This document shows, piece after piece, positions 8,673-18,418 of a stretch of 54,640 bases of DNA. Below the pieces are notes generated by a model, which saw nothing but the letters and a program-made list of their open reading frames with translations, had not been told where the DNA came from and made no database searches. Within the stretch, counting starts at the first letter, position 1; each line of letters starts with the position of its first letter. A program made the position numbers and the translations under genes. Source of the DNA: Minisyncoccia bacterium (GTDB lineage Bacteria > Patescibacteriota > Minisyncoccia > Phycocordibacterales > JAACPR01); assembly GCA_047639165.1 (NCBI GenBank), contig JBLINH010000002.1, forward strand, positions 1 to 54,640, read 5' to 3'.

Positions 8673-9068
8673 ATGAACACAAAAGAAATTAATCAGAAGA
8701 TAACTTTTGAGAATACAGATCCACACTCAGTGTATGAGTTGCTTATGGATTCTAAAAAACATTCAGACTTTACTGGTGAGCCAGCAGATATTAGCCGTGA
8801 GGTGGACGGTAAATGTAATGCTTACGGAGATTGGATAGAAGCTATAAATGTAGAACTCATTCCAGATCAAAAAATCGTACAAAAGTGGCGTGGTGGAGAT
8901 TGGTCTGATGATCATTATTCAGTCGCTACTTTTGAGTTTGAAAGTTTAGGAAATGATACTGTACTAACATTTACTCAAGCAGAAGTTCCTGAAGAAAACC
9001 ACGATGACATCTCTCAAGGATGGCATGATCACTATTGGGACAAGATGAAATCAGCAATCAAGGGTTAG
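8673..9068 (+). CDS. SRPBCC/AHSA1-like domain protein
   Basis: Size and pattern (YELLMDSKKHSDFTG...VQKWR...TFTQ) match the Aha1-like SRPBCC fold. Confidence 0.6.
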   Translation: MNTKEINQKITFENTDPHSVYELLMDSKKHSDFTGEPADISREVDGKCNAYGDWIEAINVELIPDQKIVQKWRGGDWSDDHYSVATFEFESLGNDTVLTFTQAEVPEENHDDISQGWHDHYWDKMKSAIKG

Positions 9069-9096
9069 TTCAAAATAGGATATATACTTAAACTAA

Positions 9097-9126
9097 CTTC
9101 AACATTCTACCGTGTTGAAGTTTTTT
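9097..9126 (+). terminator. rho-independent terminator
   Basis: Hairpin cttcaac...gttgaag followed by a T6 run. Confidence 0.7.
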
Positions 9127-9259
9127 GTATTTCATTGACATTCATAACTTTTTATATAGACTGCTAATTAATAACTATCCATTTAAAAGATTGGGTGGTC
9201 CCGATCTTTAAAAACACAAGTGGAAAATCTATAACTAAAAAAGTATAAAGGATAACATT

Positions 9260-10183
9260 ATGAGACAACAATTTGGAGCCCATTGGCTCATGTCACTAGG
9301 TATATTGAAACCTGGGCAAGGAAAACTTCTCATGAAGGCGGTTTCTGACGCTAAAGCGGAAAAGGCTTCTATTTTTGAGATTATTTGTGGAGTCCTCAAT
9401 TTGATGCCTCCTGAAGAAACAGCAGATGCAATTATTGCAGGAGGGATGGAAGAAGTTTCTATGTGCAGATTCTTTCCCAGTGACGGTGATTGTAATCCGA
9501 TTCTCGATAATAAATTGAAGAATAGCTCTCCTTCTATTATTGCGGTACAAGATGATTTCGCGACAATTCGTGTCCTACAAGACAGAGGAATCGTTGTGAA
9601 TCATTATGTCGGTCCGTCTTGTTTTAAGATTGGACATGACTACAGTAGAATGAGAGAAATTGACTTCATTAATAATGCAATCTCTTTCTACAAAGAACTG
9701 AAAGATGATTTCGAAGAACTTGGCGTTACACCAGCTCTTGAATATCTACGTCCCAGCGAAGATGTGGGTGCTTTGATGGGATTAGACCGCGTTCGTCGTA
9801 TTTGTGAAGCTGATGAACTAGGAGGTCTGGTTAAATGGCATGCTGATCGATTTCACATGCAAGAACGTGAGAAGGATCCTGCAACAGAACTGCGAAGAGG
9901 AGGAGACCTTCTTTCGTATTTTCATGCGCATGGAACCAACCGCGGAGTTGCAGGAAGTGAGAATCTTGACGGAGACCCTTCGGCCACCGATTATACTGAT
10001 TGGAATGATATTAGAAGGGCTCTATATTATATAGGATATATTGGCCCAGTCGTTCCAGAACCGTTCGGACAACAAATAAGAGATATCGCTCCAGAGCTTG
10101 GAGAAGGTCTACCTCCATCAATCGAACCGAACCGTTATTTGCGTCTGACTCATGCTTGTTTCAAAAAGGCTCGTATGGTGTAG
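9260..10183 (+). CDS. xylose-isomerase-like TIM-barrel sugar (phosphate) isomerase/epimerase
   Basis: ALEYLRPSED, HADRFHMQERE, YFHAHGTNRGVAGS and VPEPF resemble ketose 3-epimerase-type metal-ligand motifs. Confidence 0.6.
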   Translation: MRQQFGAHWLMSLGILKPGQGKLLMKAVSDAKAEKASIFEIICGVLNLMPPEETADAIIAGGMEEVSMCRFFPSDGDCNPILDNKLKNSSPSIIAVQDDFATIRVLQDRGIVVNHYVGPSCFKIGHDYSRMREIDFINNAISFYKELKDDFEELGVTPALEYLRPSEDVGALMGLDRVRRICEADELGGLVKWHADRFHMQEREKDPATELRRGGDLLSYFHAHGTNRGVAGSENLDGDPSATDYTDWNDIRRALYYIGYIGPVVPEPFGQQIRDIAPELGEGLPPSIEPNRYLRLTHACFKKARMV

Positions 10184-10230
10184 ATTACCAATGAGTCTGG
10201 TTCAGCAGGTGTATTATCTGCTCAACTAAT

Positions 10231-10264
10231 AACGCCAGTCCTTTTTAAAGGACTGGCGTTTTAT
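10231..10264 (+). terminator. rho-independent terminator
   Basis: Hairpin aacgccagtcc / ggactggcgtt followed by a T-rich stretch. Confidence 0.75.
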
Positions 10265-10324
10265 ATTCTGCCCCTTTTAAATAGTTGCAACCCCGCCCAT
10301 CTCTGTTACACTCTCAACACTATA

Positions 10325-11575
10325 ATGATTCAGAAAACTAAACAAAATATAGAAGTACTAGTAATCGGAGGGGGAGCCTCTGGTCTTATTGCTGCAGGTC
10401 GTGCAGCGGAGCTTGGTAAGAAGGTGGTACTTCTGGAAAAGAACAAAGCGCTTGGTGAGAAGCTTAAAATCACAGGTGGTGGTAGATGTAACATAACCAA
10501 CTCTGAAAAAGACACAAAAAAACTACTTTCACACTATGGTGAAGCAGAGAAGTTTCTCCATTCTCCATTCTCAATCTTTGGTGTGAAAGAAACATTTGAA
10601 TTCTTTGAATCAAGAGGACTACCTATAATGGTAGAGAACAATAACAGAGCATTTCCTAAGTCAGAGAAGGCTATGGATGTATTTAATGTATTAGATCAAT
10701 ATGTAAGGAAAGGTGGAGTCCTTATCCAGTTAGGACATGCTGTAGAGAGAATAGTATATAAAAGTGGAAAGATACAATCAGTTGAAACAGATAAGCATAT
10801 CTTCTTCCCAGAGAAAGTCATCGTAGCAACTGGTGGAGTATCTCATCCTGAAACAGGATCTACAGGAGATGGGTTTAAATGGTTAAAAGATATGGGTCAT
10901 ACAGTTAAAGAACCAACACCAGACATTGTACCTCTATCTGCAAGAGAAACCTGGGTTAAGAATATCAGCGGTGTGGCACTAGATGATGTAAAAATCACAT
11001 TCTATTGTGATGAGGTAAAGAAGTTTAAAAAACAAGGAAGAATGCTTTGTACTCACTTTGGTATATCAGGTCCTATGATATTAAACTCAGCATCAGAAGT
11101 TCGTGACCTACTACATAGTGGACAGGTAACAGCTAAGGTGGATCTTTTTCCCAATACTGATACAGGTTCTCTTGAGAAGGAGCTAGTAGCTTTGTTTGAT
11201 GAGAACAAGAACAAAATGTTAGGAAATATACTTCAAAAGTTTCTACCAGCAGGATTTATGCCTGCATTTAAAGAATTGTTTCAAAATATAGATTTAGAGA
11301 TGCAGGTTAACGCTTTTAAAAAAGAAGACAGGAAGAAGGTTGTACAGAGACTAAAGGAGCTGGATATAACAATAAAAGGACTTATGGGGTTTGAAAGGTC
11401 TGTGGTATCAGACGGGGGTGTACTTCTAAGTGAAATAGATATGAAAACAATGCAGTCAAAGAAATGTGATAATTTATATATTACAGGAGATCTCCTGCAT
11501 ATCAGTCGACCGTCAGGAGGATATTCACTACAGTTGTGTTGGACTACAGGATATATTGCAGGAGGATTTAAGTAG
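10325..11575 (+). CDS. HI0933/BaiN-like FAD-dependent oxidoreductase
   Basis: VLVIGGGASGLIAAGRAAELGKKVVLLEKNKALGEKLKITGGGRCNITN. Confidence 0.85.
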   Translation: MIQKTKQNIEVLVIGGGASGLIAAGRAAELGKKVVLLEKNKALGEKLKITGGGRCNITNSEKDTKKLLSHYGEAEKFLHSPFSIFGVKETFEFFESRGLPIMVENNNRAFPKSEKAMDVFNVLDQYVRKGGVLIQLGHAVERIVYKSGKIQSVETDKHIFFPEKVIVATGGVSHPETGSTGDGFKWLKDMGHTVKEPTPDIVPLSARETWVKNISGVALDDVKITFYCDEVKKFKKQGRMLCTHFGISGPMILNSASEVRDLLHSGQVTAKVDLFPNTDTGSLEKELVALFDENKNKMLGNILQKFLPAGFMPAFKELFQNIDLEMQVNAFKKEDRKKVVQRLKELDITIKGLMGFERSVVSDGGVLLSEIDMKTMQSKKCDNLYITGDLLHISRPSGGYSLQLCWTTGYIAGGFK

Positions 11576-11797
11576 ATATAAAAAGAATTTTCAGTTTGAT
11601 AAAATTGTTATGTATTGTATTTTTTGGTTTGTACTGAACCTTTAAAAAATACTTAAAAACAATAAAAGACCTATCTTATACACTCATATATCCTTATTGG
11701 AAAAGAGCACTCTAGACTCTTAGTAGATGTTTCAAAACCTTGCGAGGTTCCATTTGAAGATGCTAAAAGATTAAAACAATATATTCCTTGTGGCAGT

Positions 11798-12049
11798 ATG
11801 ACTCTCAGTGTTAATAAGATTGACGATGAGTTGTATATAAGTGATGAAAAAGTTGTACTGTGTAGTTTAAAGGGGGAAAATAAAAGAGATATTCGTGTTA
11901 TTTTGGCCACAGATAAATTAGATGGTTCAGATAATTATGGATTTTATCGCTATGGATATTGGGATGATAATCGAGTAAAATCACACTACTGCCTTAGTTA
12001 CACTTTAATATGGACTGATGTTACTGTTGTCGCAGCTCTTGAAAATTAA
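11798..12049 (+). CDS. hypothetical protein, 83 aa
   Basis: The ORF is followed directly by a strong terminator. No recognisable domain. Confidence 0.4.
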   Translation: MTLSVNKIDDELYISDEKVVLCSLKGENKRDIRVILATDKLDGSDNYGFYRYGYWDDNRVKSHYCLSYTLIWTDVTVVAALEN

Positions 12050-12061
12050 GTAAAACAACTA

Positions 12062-12091
12062 ACCTCCCGTGATAGGCACGGGAGGTTTTTC
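12062..12091 (+). terminator. rho-independent terminator
   Basis: Hairpin cctcccgtg / cacgggagg followed by TTTTT. Confidence 0.8.
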
Positions 12092-12132
12092 CATTGCCCC
12101 AATCGATCAAATAATGTAAGCTACATGACACT

Positions 12133-13608
12133 ATGTCAAATAACGGCGCTATCGTTACTTTCAAGGAAGTATCATTTGAATATGGAGAGAATAAACCGAT
12201 TTTAATCGATACTTCTTTTTCTATACGTCGAGGTTCTAAATTCACGCTAATGGGACAAAACGGTGCTGGTAAAAGTACTTTGTTCGGTCTAATCACAGGA
12301 CAGTATAGTGAAGATGATGGATCTATTACCACAGTAGCTAATACAAGTATCGCTATATCAAAGCAAGTAATACCTCGAGAAGACTTGGAACTAACAGTTC
12401 GAGAATTCTTTGAGAAGGTTTTTGATGAGAAAATATACAACATTGATCCAAAGATTGATGATGTACTGGAGGTAGTAAGCCTTTCACAAGGAGACGCCAA
12501 AGAATTCAAAGGAAGAATCATTAAGAGTTTTTCTGGAGGACAACAAGCCAGACTTCTTCTTGCTTCAGCCTTAATACAAAAACCAGATATTCTATTATTG
12601 GATGAGCCTACAAACAATTTAGATAAAGAGGGAATTACTCACCTAACAGATTTCCTTAAAGAATATAACAAGACAGTTGTTGTTATCTCTCATGATGCGA
12701 GTTTTCTTAATGCTTTCACACAAGGAGTCCTATATTTGAATGTTGTAAATCATACAATTGAGAAATATGAAGGTAACTACCTTGACGTGGTAAAGGAGAT
12801 TTCTGCTCAAGTTGAAAAAGAAAAAAGAAAAAATGCTCAACTAGCAAAAGAAATTCAAGCTAATAAAGACAAAGCTAACTTCTTTGCTATGAAAGGAGGA
12901 AATATGAGAATGGTCGCAAAAAGAATGAGAGAGAAGGTTGAAGAGTATGAAGACAACAAAGTAGATGTTCGAAGAGAAGACGTAACTATTCGTCCTTTCA
13001 CTATTCCAAATCAAGACGAAGTACCAACTGAGGTATTAAAGCTTTCATCATACAAAGTGATCATCGATCACAATCCAAAAGATGTTAAATGTAATATATC
13101 TCTAACTAGAAGACAGCACATGCAAATTATTGGTCCAAACGGTATTGGGAAGACAACTCTATTGGAATCTCTTGCGTCAGGTCATGCTAAAGGTGAGCAT
13201 GTCGCCCAAGATGTAGTTATAGGGTATTACCGACAAGACTTTTCAAACTTGGATTTTGAAGAAACCGTCTATCAGTGCCTGATGAAGGTGGCTAACGGAA
13301 AAAATGAGGAAGAAATGAGATCAGCTGCTTCTGGATTTCTAATTAATGGTGAGATTATGAGAACAAAGATAGGTCTTCTTTCAGAAGGTCAAAAGGGATT
13401 GGTAGCATTTGCTAGATTGGTTTTTCTTAAACCAGGACTTTTAATATTAGATGAGCCTACTAACCATATAAACTTCAGACATATACCTGTTATTGCAAAG
13501 GCACTTGATGCATATGAAGGAGCTATGATCTTAGTATCCCATGTCCCAGAGTTTGTGAGTAAGATAAGAGTAGATGAGACTTTAGATTTAGGTAAGAAGA
13601 AAAAATAA
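12133..13608 (+). CDS. ABC-F family ATPase with two ABC domains and no TM domain
   Basis: Two Walker A motifs (GQNGAGKST, GPNGIGKTT) and two signature/Walker B regions (SGGQQARL..LLLDEPTN, SEGQKGLV..LILDEPTN). Confidence 0.9.
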   Translation: MSNNGAIVTFKEVSFEYGENKPILIDTSFSIRRGSKFTLMGQNGAGKSTLFGLITGQYSEDDGSITTVANTSIAISKQVIPREDLELTVREFFEKVFDEKIYNIDPKIDDVLEVVSLSQGDAKEFKGRIIKSFSGGQQARLLLASALIQKPDILLLDEPTNNLDKEGITHLTDFLKEYNKTVVVISHDASFLNAFTQGVLYLNVVNHTIEKYEGNYLDVVKEISAQVEKEKRKNAQLAKEIQANKDKANFFAMKGGNMRMVAKRMREKVEEYEDNKVDVRREDVTIRPFTIPNQDEVPTEVLKLSSYKVIIDHNPKDVKCNISLTRRQHMQIIGPNGIGKTTLLESLASGHAKGEHVAQDVVIGYYRQDFSNLDFEETVYQCLMKVANGKNEEEMRSAASGFLINGEIMRTKIGLLSEGQKGLVAFARLVFLKPGLLILDEPTNHINFRHIPVIAKALDAYEGAMILVSHVPEFVSKIRVDETLDLGKKKK

Positions 13609-13685
13609 GATCTTTCTAAAAAATATATATACTTTAGATAAAAAATATTCATAGAATATGCAACTTTACGTGATTGAATTAACGT

Positions 13686-13898
13686 ATGAAGATATTTTTA
13701 TCAAATCATGCTAAGTATAGATCTACGGAGCGTGGTGTTGATATTAGTATGATAAAAGAAGTTATCAAAAATCCTTTAAAGATTAATGTTCAATCTGAAG
13801 GACAAAAAAGGGTAGAAGGTATGATAAAAGGTAGAAAAACAATAGTAGTTTATCAGGAGAAAGTAAAAGAAAAATTTGTTATCATAACAGTAATATGA
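13686..13898 (+). CDS. DUF4258-like small protein, putative toxin
   Basis: 70 aa with the NHAKYRSTERGV pattern. A 4-nt ATGA overlap joins it to the next ORF. Confidence 0.55.
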   Translation: MKIFLSNHAKYRSTERGVDISMIKEVIKNPLKINVQSEGQKRVEGMIKGRKTIVVYQEKVKEKFVIITVI

Positions 13899-14131
13899 TC
13901 AATATAACCTACGACAAAGCAGTTGATGCTAAATATATATCAATCAAGAAAGGAAAGATTTTTAAAACCAAAATTCTTAAGGATTGGTTAAATTTGGATT
14001 TTAATAAGAAAGGTGATGTTTTAGGTGTAGAAATATTAAATGCATCTAAAAATCCAGTTTTCATTAGAAGAGAATTGAAGAAATATATTGAAATACCTTT
14101 AGAAGTAAGAGAGATTGCTGGCACCATCTAA
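13895..14131 (+). CDS. DUF2283-like small protein, putative antitoxin
   Basis: 78 aa with YDKAVDAKYISIKKG...GDVLGVEILNASK, typical of DUF2283. Confidence 0.55.
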   Translation: MINITYDKAVDAKYISIKKGKIFKTKILKDWLNLDFNKKGDVLGVEILNASKNPVFIRRELKKYIEIPLEVREIAGTI

Positions 14132-14178
14132 GCTTATTTATTGCTTTTTACTCACTTTTATTGTACTCTTAGGCACTT

Positions 14179-15960
14179 ATGGAAATTAGAAACATCGCCA
14201 TCATCGCTCACGTCGATCATGGTAAAACAACTTTAACTGACGAGATTCTAAAACAAACCGGGGCCACAGGCCAAGGTGTTTCTATGGACTCAAATGATTT
14301 GGAGAAAGAGCGAGGAATTACTATTTACGCTAAGAATACTTCAGTATTCTACAAAGATACTAAGATCAACATCCTTGATACACCAGGGCACGCCGATTTC
14401 GGATCAGAAGTAGAGCGAGTTTTACGATCAATCGACTCAGTTCTCCTTATTGTTGATGCTGCTGAAGGACCAATGCCACAAACAAAGTTCGTATTGAAGA
14501 AATCTCTAGAGCTTGGGCTAAAGCCAATTTTGATATTAAACAAGATCGATAAGCCAGCTGCTGATGTAGAAAAAGCACAAGAAGCAGTATATGAACTATT
14601 CTTCGATCTTGGGGCTACTGACGAACAGTTAAATTTTGAAACACTGTATGCTATCGGACGAGATGGTGTAGCTAAAGCAAACATGGAAGATGAAGCTAAA
14701 GATCTTACTCCAATTTTTGATTTGATTCTTGAGAAAGTTCCACCAGCAAATACAGGTATTGATGAACCATTAGAGGCTCAAGTGTTTAATCTTGCATATG
14801 ACAACTTCCTTGGAAGAATGGGTATTTGCCGAATATACAAAGGGAAGATAAAGGATGGAGGAACTTTACATGTTAAAAGTCATACAGGAGAACCATTCAC
14901 AGGAAAGGTTACAAAACTATTTACATTCGAAGGACTTGAAAAGAAACCAGTTGCTGAAGCAGGAGCGGGAGATATTGTAATGGTCGCTGGTCTACCTGAT
15001 ATTTTCATCGGGCAAACTCTTAACGAGACACTTGAAGGAGAACTTCTTCCAGAGATCACAATTGATGAACCAACACTTTCACTTAATGTTTTAGTTAACG
15101 ACTCACCATTTGGAGGAAAGAGTGGAAAGTTCCTAACAGGAAGACAAATTAGAGAGAGGTTAGAAAAAGAACTAGAAGTTAACGTTGGACTTCAAATTGA
15201 GTTTGAAGGAAATGCTATGAAAGTATATGGAAGAGGAGAACTCCATCTTGCGGTTCTATTAGAGAATATGAGAAGAGAAGGATATGAGCTGTCAGTCTCA
15301 CAACCTGAAGTTATTGTAAAAGATATTGATGGAGTGAAGAGTGAGCCTTTTGAAGAGGTTACTATCTTAGTACCAGCGGAATTCTCAGGAAGTGTTATCG
15401 AAAAGATTGGTAATAGAAAGGGTCTTATGATGGGTATGGGTGACGATCACTCTCAAAAAAAGATTACATTCCACGTTCCTACCAGAGGACTTCTTGGTTA
15501 CAGAAATGAATTTATCGTAGATACAAGAGGAGAGGGAATCATGACAAGTGTATTCTTAGCTTTCATGCCATACGCTGGACAGATTACAAAGACAGAATAT
15601 GGATCAATGATTTCTATGGCTACAGGAAAGGCACTAGGATTCTCACTAGGTAACTTACAAGACAGAGGAGTTCTGTACATTGGACCAGGAACTGAAGTAT
15701 ATGAAGGTATGGTTATTGGATACACATCAAAAGGAGAAGACATGGCAGTTAACCCAACTAAGGGAAAACAGCTTACAAACATGAGAGCTTCAGGAACTGA
15801 TGAAAATATAAAGATTGTTCCTCCTTTTGAGCTTACTCTTGAAAGAGCTCTTGGAATAATGAGTGAGGATGAATATCTAGAGGTTACTCCAACTGATATA
15901 AGATTAAGAAAGAGATATAGAACTGAAACAGAGAGAAAGAAGCACGGGTTTAAAGTTTAA
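14179..15960 (+). CDS. typA: translational GTPase TypA/BipA
   Basis: IRNIAIIAHVDHGKTTL, DTPGHADF and NKID motifs, and a BipA-like C-terminus. Confidence 0.95.
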   Translation: MEIRNIAIIAHVDHGKTTLTDEILKQTGATGQGVSMDSNDLEKERGITIYAKNTSVFYKDTKINILDTPGHADFGSEVERVLRSIDSVLLIVDAAEGPMPQTKFVLKKSLELGLKPILILNKIDKPAADVEKAQEAVYELFFDLGATDEQLNFETLYAIGRDGVAKANMEDEAKDLTPIFDLILEKVPPANTGIDEPLEAQVFNLAYDNFLGRMGICRIYKGKIKDGGTLHVKSHTGEPFTGKVTKLFTFEGLEKKPVAEAGAGDIVMVAGLPDIFIGQTLNETLEGELLPEITIDEPTLSLNVLVNDSPFGGKSGKFLTGRQIRERLEKELEVNVGLQIEFEGNAMKVYGRGELHLAVLLENMRREGYELSVSQPEVIVKDIDGVKSEPFEEVTILVPAEFSGSVIEKIGNRKGLMMGMGDDHSQKKITFHVPTRGLLGYRNEFIVDTRGEGIMTSVFLAFMPYAGQITKTEYGSMISMATGKALGFSLGNLQDRGVLYIGPGTEVYEGMVIGYTSKGEDMAVNPTKGKQLTNMRASGTDENIKIVPPFELTLERALGIMSEDEYLEVTPTDIRLRKRYRTETERKKHGFKV

Positions 15961-17053
15961 ATATTTCCTCGTGAGTATCTGCTACGGTACTCCAACTGTT
16001 TTCTAATTTAATATTAGATAAGTCACTTGTGTATTTGTTGTATCCTTCACCTAATACCATCTTTAGCTTTTTAGATATATCTTCAGGAGATGCAGGGTCT
16101 AACATTAAAGGAATTTGGTTCTTTATCGGTAGATATGTTTCTTTTGTTATTAAAAATGGAATGTTTAGAGACAAACATTCATATGCTTGATTAGGAGAGA
16201 TGTCTGTCCAACTTGGGATTACAACTAGTTTTACATTTTTGATCCTCTCGTATAGTTTGTCTCTGTCTAACTTATCTTCAAAAGACACCTTGTCATTAAG
16301 TTCTAATTCTTTAACTAGTTCTTCAATTTCCTTTCTTTGAGGTCCGTTACCAATCAAAGTTAGTTTGGTTTCTATTCCGGACTCTTTGTATCCTCGTATT
16401 AGGTTATTTAAATTCTTCATAGCGATCATTCGTCCAGCAAATACAATCTCGTCGTCTACTCTTGTTCTTGTTGCTTCTATATCGTTAGGTACCGGATTAA
16501 AAACTGTACTAATTTTGTCTTTATCTAAATTAAAAGCTGGAATATAGAACTCAGGTTGTATATCGGTATTAAATATTATGTGTTTAGCATTTTGAAGTAC
16601 GTACCGTATTATAGTGTACATAACTCTGTATTTGTACATTTTGTATAGTTTCTTTTCGTAGAACTCCGTAAGAGACATAGGAGGTTTACCATCTCTTAGG
16701 TATTTCTCCCAGATGTAACCACCTCCTACACGCAGAATGTAGGGGATATTTTTTTTCTTACAAGCAAGTGCCAAAGGTAAACCTAATGTAAACCAGTCTA
16801 GTGAATATACGAGATCGTAGTTTGGGACCTCTTGTTTGAATACCTCGTGTAGTTTTAATAGTGTTTTGAACTTACCATCTCTTTCCACTCTCAAAACAGG
16901 AAATGGATAGTGTTTTCCTTCCTTGCTACTAGAAAGTGTTATCACTTTCACTTCATGACCGAGGTCCTGCAGTTTCTTTGCAATTCTCGGTGCGTATGTA
17001 GCTGGCCCACCTGAATCAGGTTCAAATATACCAGTGGTTATTAGGATTTTCAT
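15950..17053 (-). CDS. glycosyltransferase, GT4 (GT-B fold)
   Basis: N-terminus MKILITTGIFEPDSGGPATYA and C-terminal EX7E-like region (PSWTDISPNQAYECLSLNIPF). Confidence 0.8.
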   Translation of the reverse strand: MKILITTGIFEPDSGGPATYAPRIAKKLQDLGHEVKVITLSSSKEGKHYPFPVLRVERDGKFKTLLKLHEVFKQEVPNYDLVYSLDWFTLGLPLALACKKKNIPYILRVGGGYIWEKYLRDGKPPMSLTEFYEKKLYKMYKYRVMYTIIRYVLQNAKHIIFNTDIQPEFYIPAFNLDKDKISTVFNPVPNDIEATRTRVDDEIVFAGRMIAMKNLNNLIRGYKESGIETKLTLIGNGPQRKEIEELVKELELNDKVSFEDKLDRDKLYERIKNVKLVVIPSWTDISPNQAYECLSLNIPFLITKETYLPIKNQIPLMLDPASPEDISKKLKMVLGEGYNKYTSDLSNIKLENSWSTVADTHEEIFKL

Positions 17054-17118
17054 ATACCCATATTAGCATAAATTAGGCCATATCTTTTCGTTGCTAAAGG
17101 GTATATTTAGGGGTATTA

Positions 17119-18135
17119 TTGCCAATACCAATGATTTCTTTCCTAGACAACAAAGGATCAATACCTATTCTACTTTCCGTGGGAGTACTATTAATTTTCG
17201 GTGTTATTGGAAGTATTGGATATATTGCCATCGATCAATACAGACAAGATCAATTTGATGTGAAAGAAAGAGAAAGATTAGTTAAAGAGATAGAAAAACT
17301 AAAAGTAGGAGGGGATCAAGAGATTGAAAACCTAAAAAAACAACTAGAAGAGATCATAAACGAAAAACCAAATGTTTTGGTTCGTGAAGTTGTCAAACAA
17401 GTTCCATCTTCTCAACCAGATCTTGCAGATGTTGTTGCAGAATGGACTCCTCGTGTGGCAAATATTTCGTGTAGGTTTACACTCCGTGATCCAAAGGCAA
17501 GAGACTTATTTAGAAAATTTAAACTCTCAACAGACCAACAGATTGGTAGCGGATCAGGTTTCCTTATGAACGTTACAAATTCCAATGGAAGTACAAGTGC
17601 AGCTATAATAACAAATGCCCATGTCCTTTCGGGACATAATGGATTTTCCACACCAGATTTTTGTAATGTATACATGCTAGACGGAACTGAATACAATATA
17701 GGCGGTGACTCTGGTGGTATACAGTATTTCGATATTGGAAATGATAGTGACATTGTATTTGTGGATAATATCCCGTACATATCAAGAGACGTCGATGTTG
17801 GTATCCTTGTAGTTCCTTCACCAACAGAAGCTACAAAAGCTAGCGCTTCAGGAGCTTTCCAATGTAGTGAAAAGCCAAGGATAGGGGATGACATTGTGGT
17901 TTTGGGATATCCATCAATCGGTTCATCGCAGTCAATTACAGCTACTGAAGGAATTGTTTCAGGAACTGAAGGAAACTTCTTTGTAACCTCAGCTAAGGTT
18001 GAAAGAGGAAACTCAGGAGGAGCTGCAATCTCACAGAATAATAACTGTTACTTTGGAATTCCGACATTCACTGTATCTGGAGGATTGGAATCTCTAGCTA
18101 GAATTTTAGACATTAAAACAGTTACAGGACAGTAA
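17119..18135 (+). CDS. membrane-anchored trypsin-like serine protease (S1 family)
   Basis: TM anchor and coiled coil, then TNAHV (His) and GNSGGAA (Ser). The track start is TTG, and an ATG lies at 17131. Confidence 0.7.
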   Translation: MPIPMISFLDNKGSIPILLSVGVLLIFGVIGSIGYIAIDQYRQDQFDVKERERLVKEIEKLKVGGDQEIENLKKQLEEIINEKPNVLVREVVKQVPSSQPDLADVVAEWTPRVANISCRFTLRDPKARDLFRKFKLSTDQQIGSGSGFLMNVTNSNGSTSAAIITNAHVLSGHNGFSTPDFCNVYMLDGTEYNIGGDSGGIQYFDIGNDSDIVFVDNIPYISRDVDVGILVVPSPTEATKASASGAFQCSEKPRIGDDIVVLGYPSIGSSQSITATEGIVSGTEGNFFVTSAKVERGNSGGAAISQNNNCYFGIPTFTVSGGLESLARILDIKTVTGQ

Positions 18136-18207
18136 AAGTAGGACAAACAAACTTCTTTACCTTTGTTGCTTGAAATTGTAGTATTGAAAAAGAAAGGAGT
18201 AAAAACT

Positions 18208-18360
18208 ATGAGAAAGAGAACAAAAGGATTTTCTTTGAGTAGGCTTCTCGTCTTAGTAAAAATAGTAGGCATTATAGTAATTATGTTATTGCCTACATGT
18301 AGTAGAATGATGGAGAGGTACGAAGAACAGAAAATCGTAACACCTGCAATAATAAAATAA
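18208..18360 (+). CDS. short, degenerate type IV pilin-like peptide (50 aa)
   Basis: AAAGGAG lies 8 nt before the ATG. MRKRTKGFSLSRLLVLVKIVGIIVIMLLP resembles a class III signal (KGF/hydrophobic helix), but Glu+5 is replaced by Arg. A terminator follows. Confidence 0.35.
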   Translation: MRKRTKGFSLSRLLVLVKIVGIIVIMLLPTCSRMMERYEEQKIVTPAIIK

Positions 18361-18369
18361 TATATAGTT

Positions 18370-18401
18370 GGGGTCGACGTTTTGCGCCGACCCCATTTTT
18401 T
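18370..18401 (+). terminator. rho-independent terminator
   Basis: Hairpin ggggtcg / cgacccc followed by a T-run. Confidence 0.75.
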
Positions 18402-18418
18402 AATGATATAATTTACAA

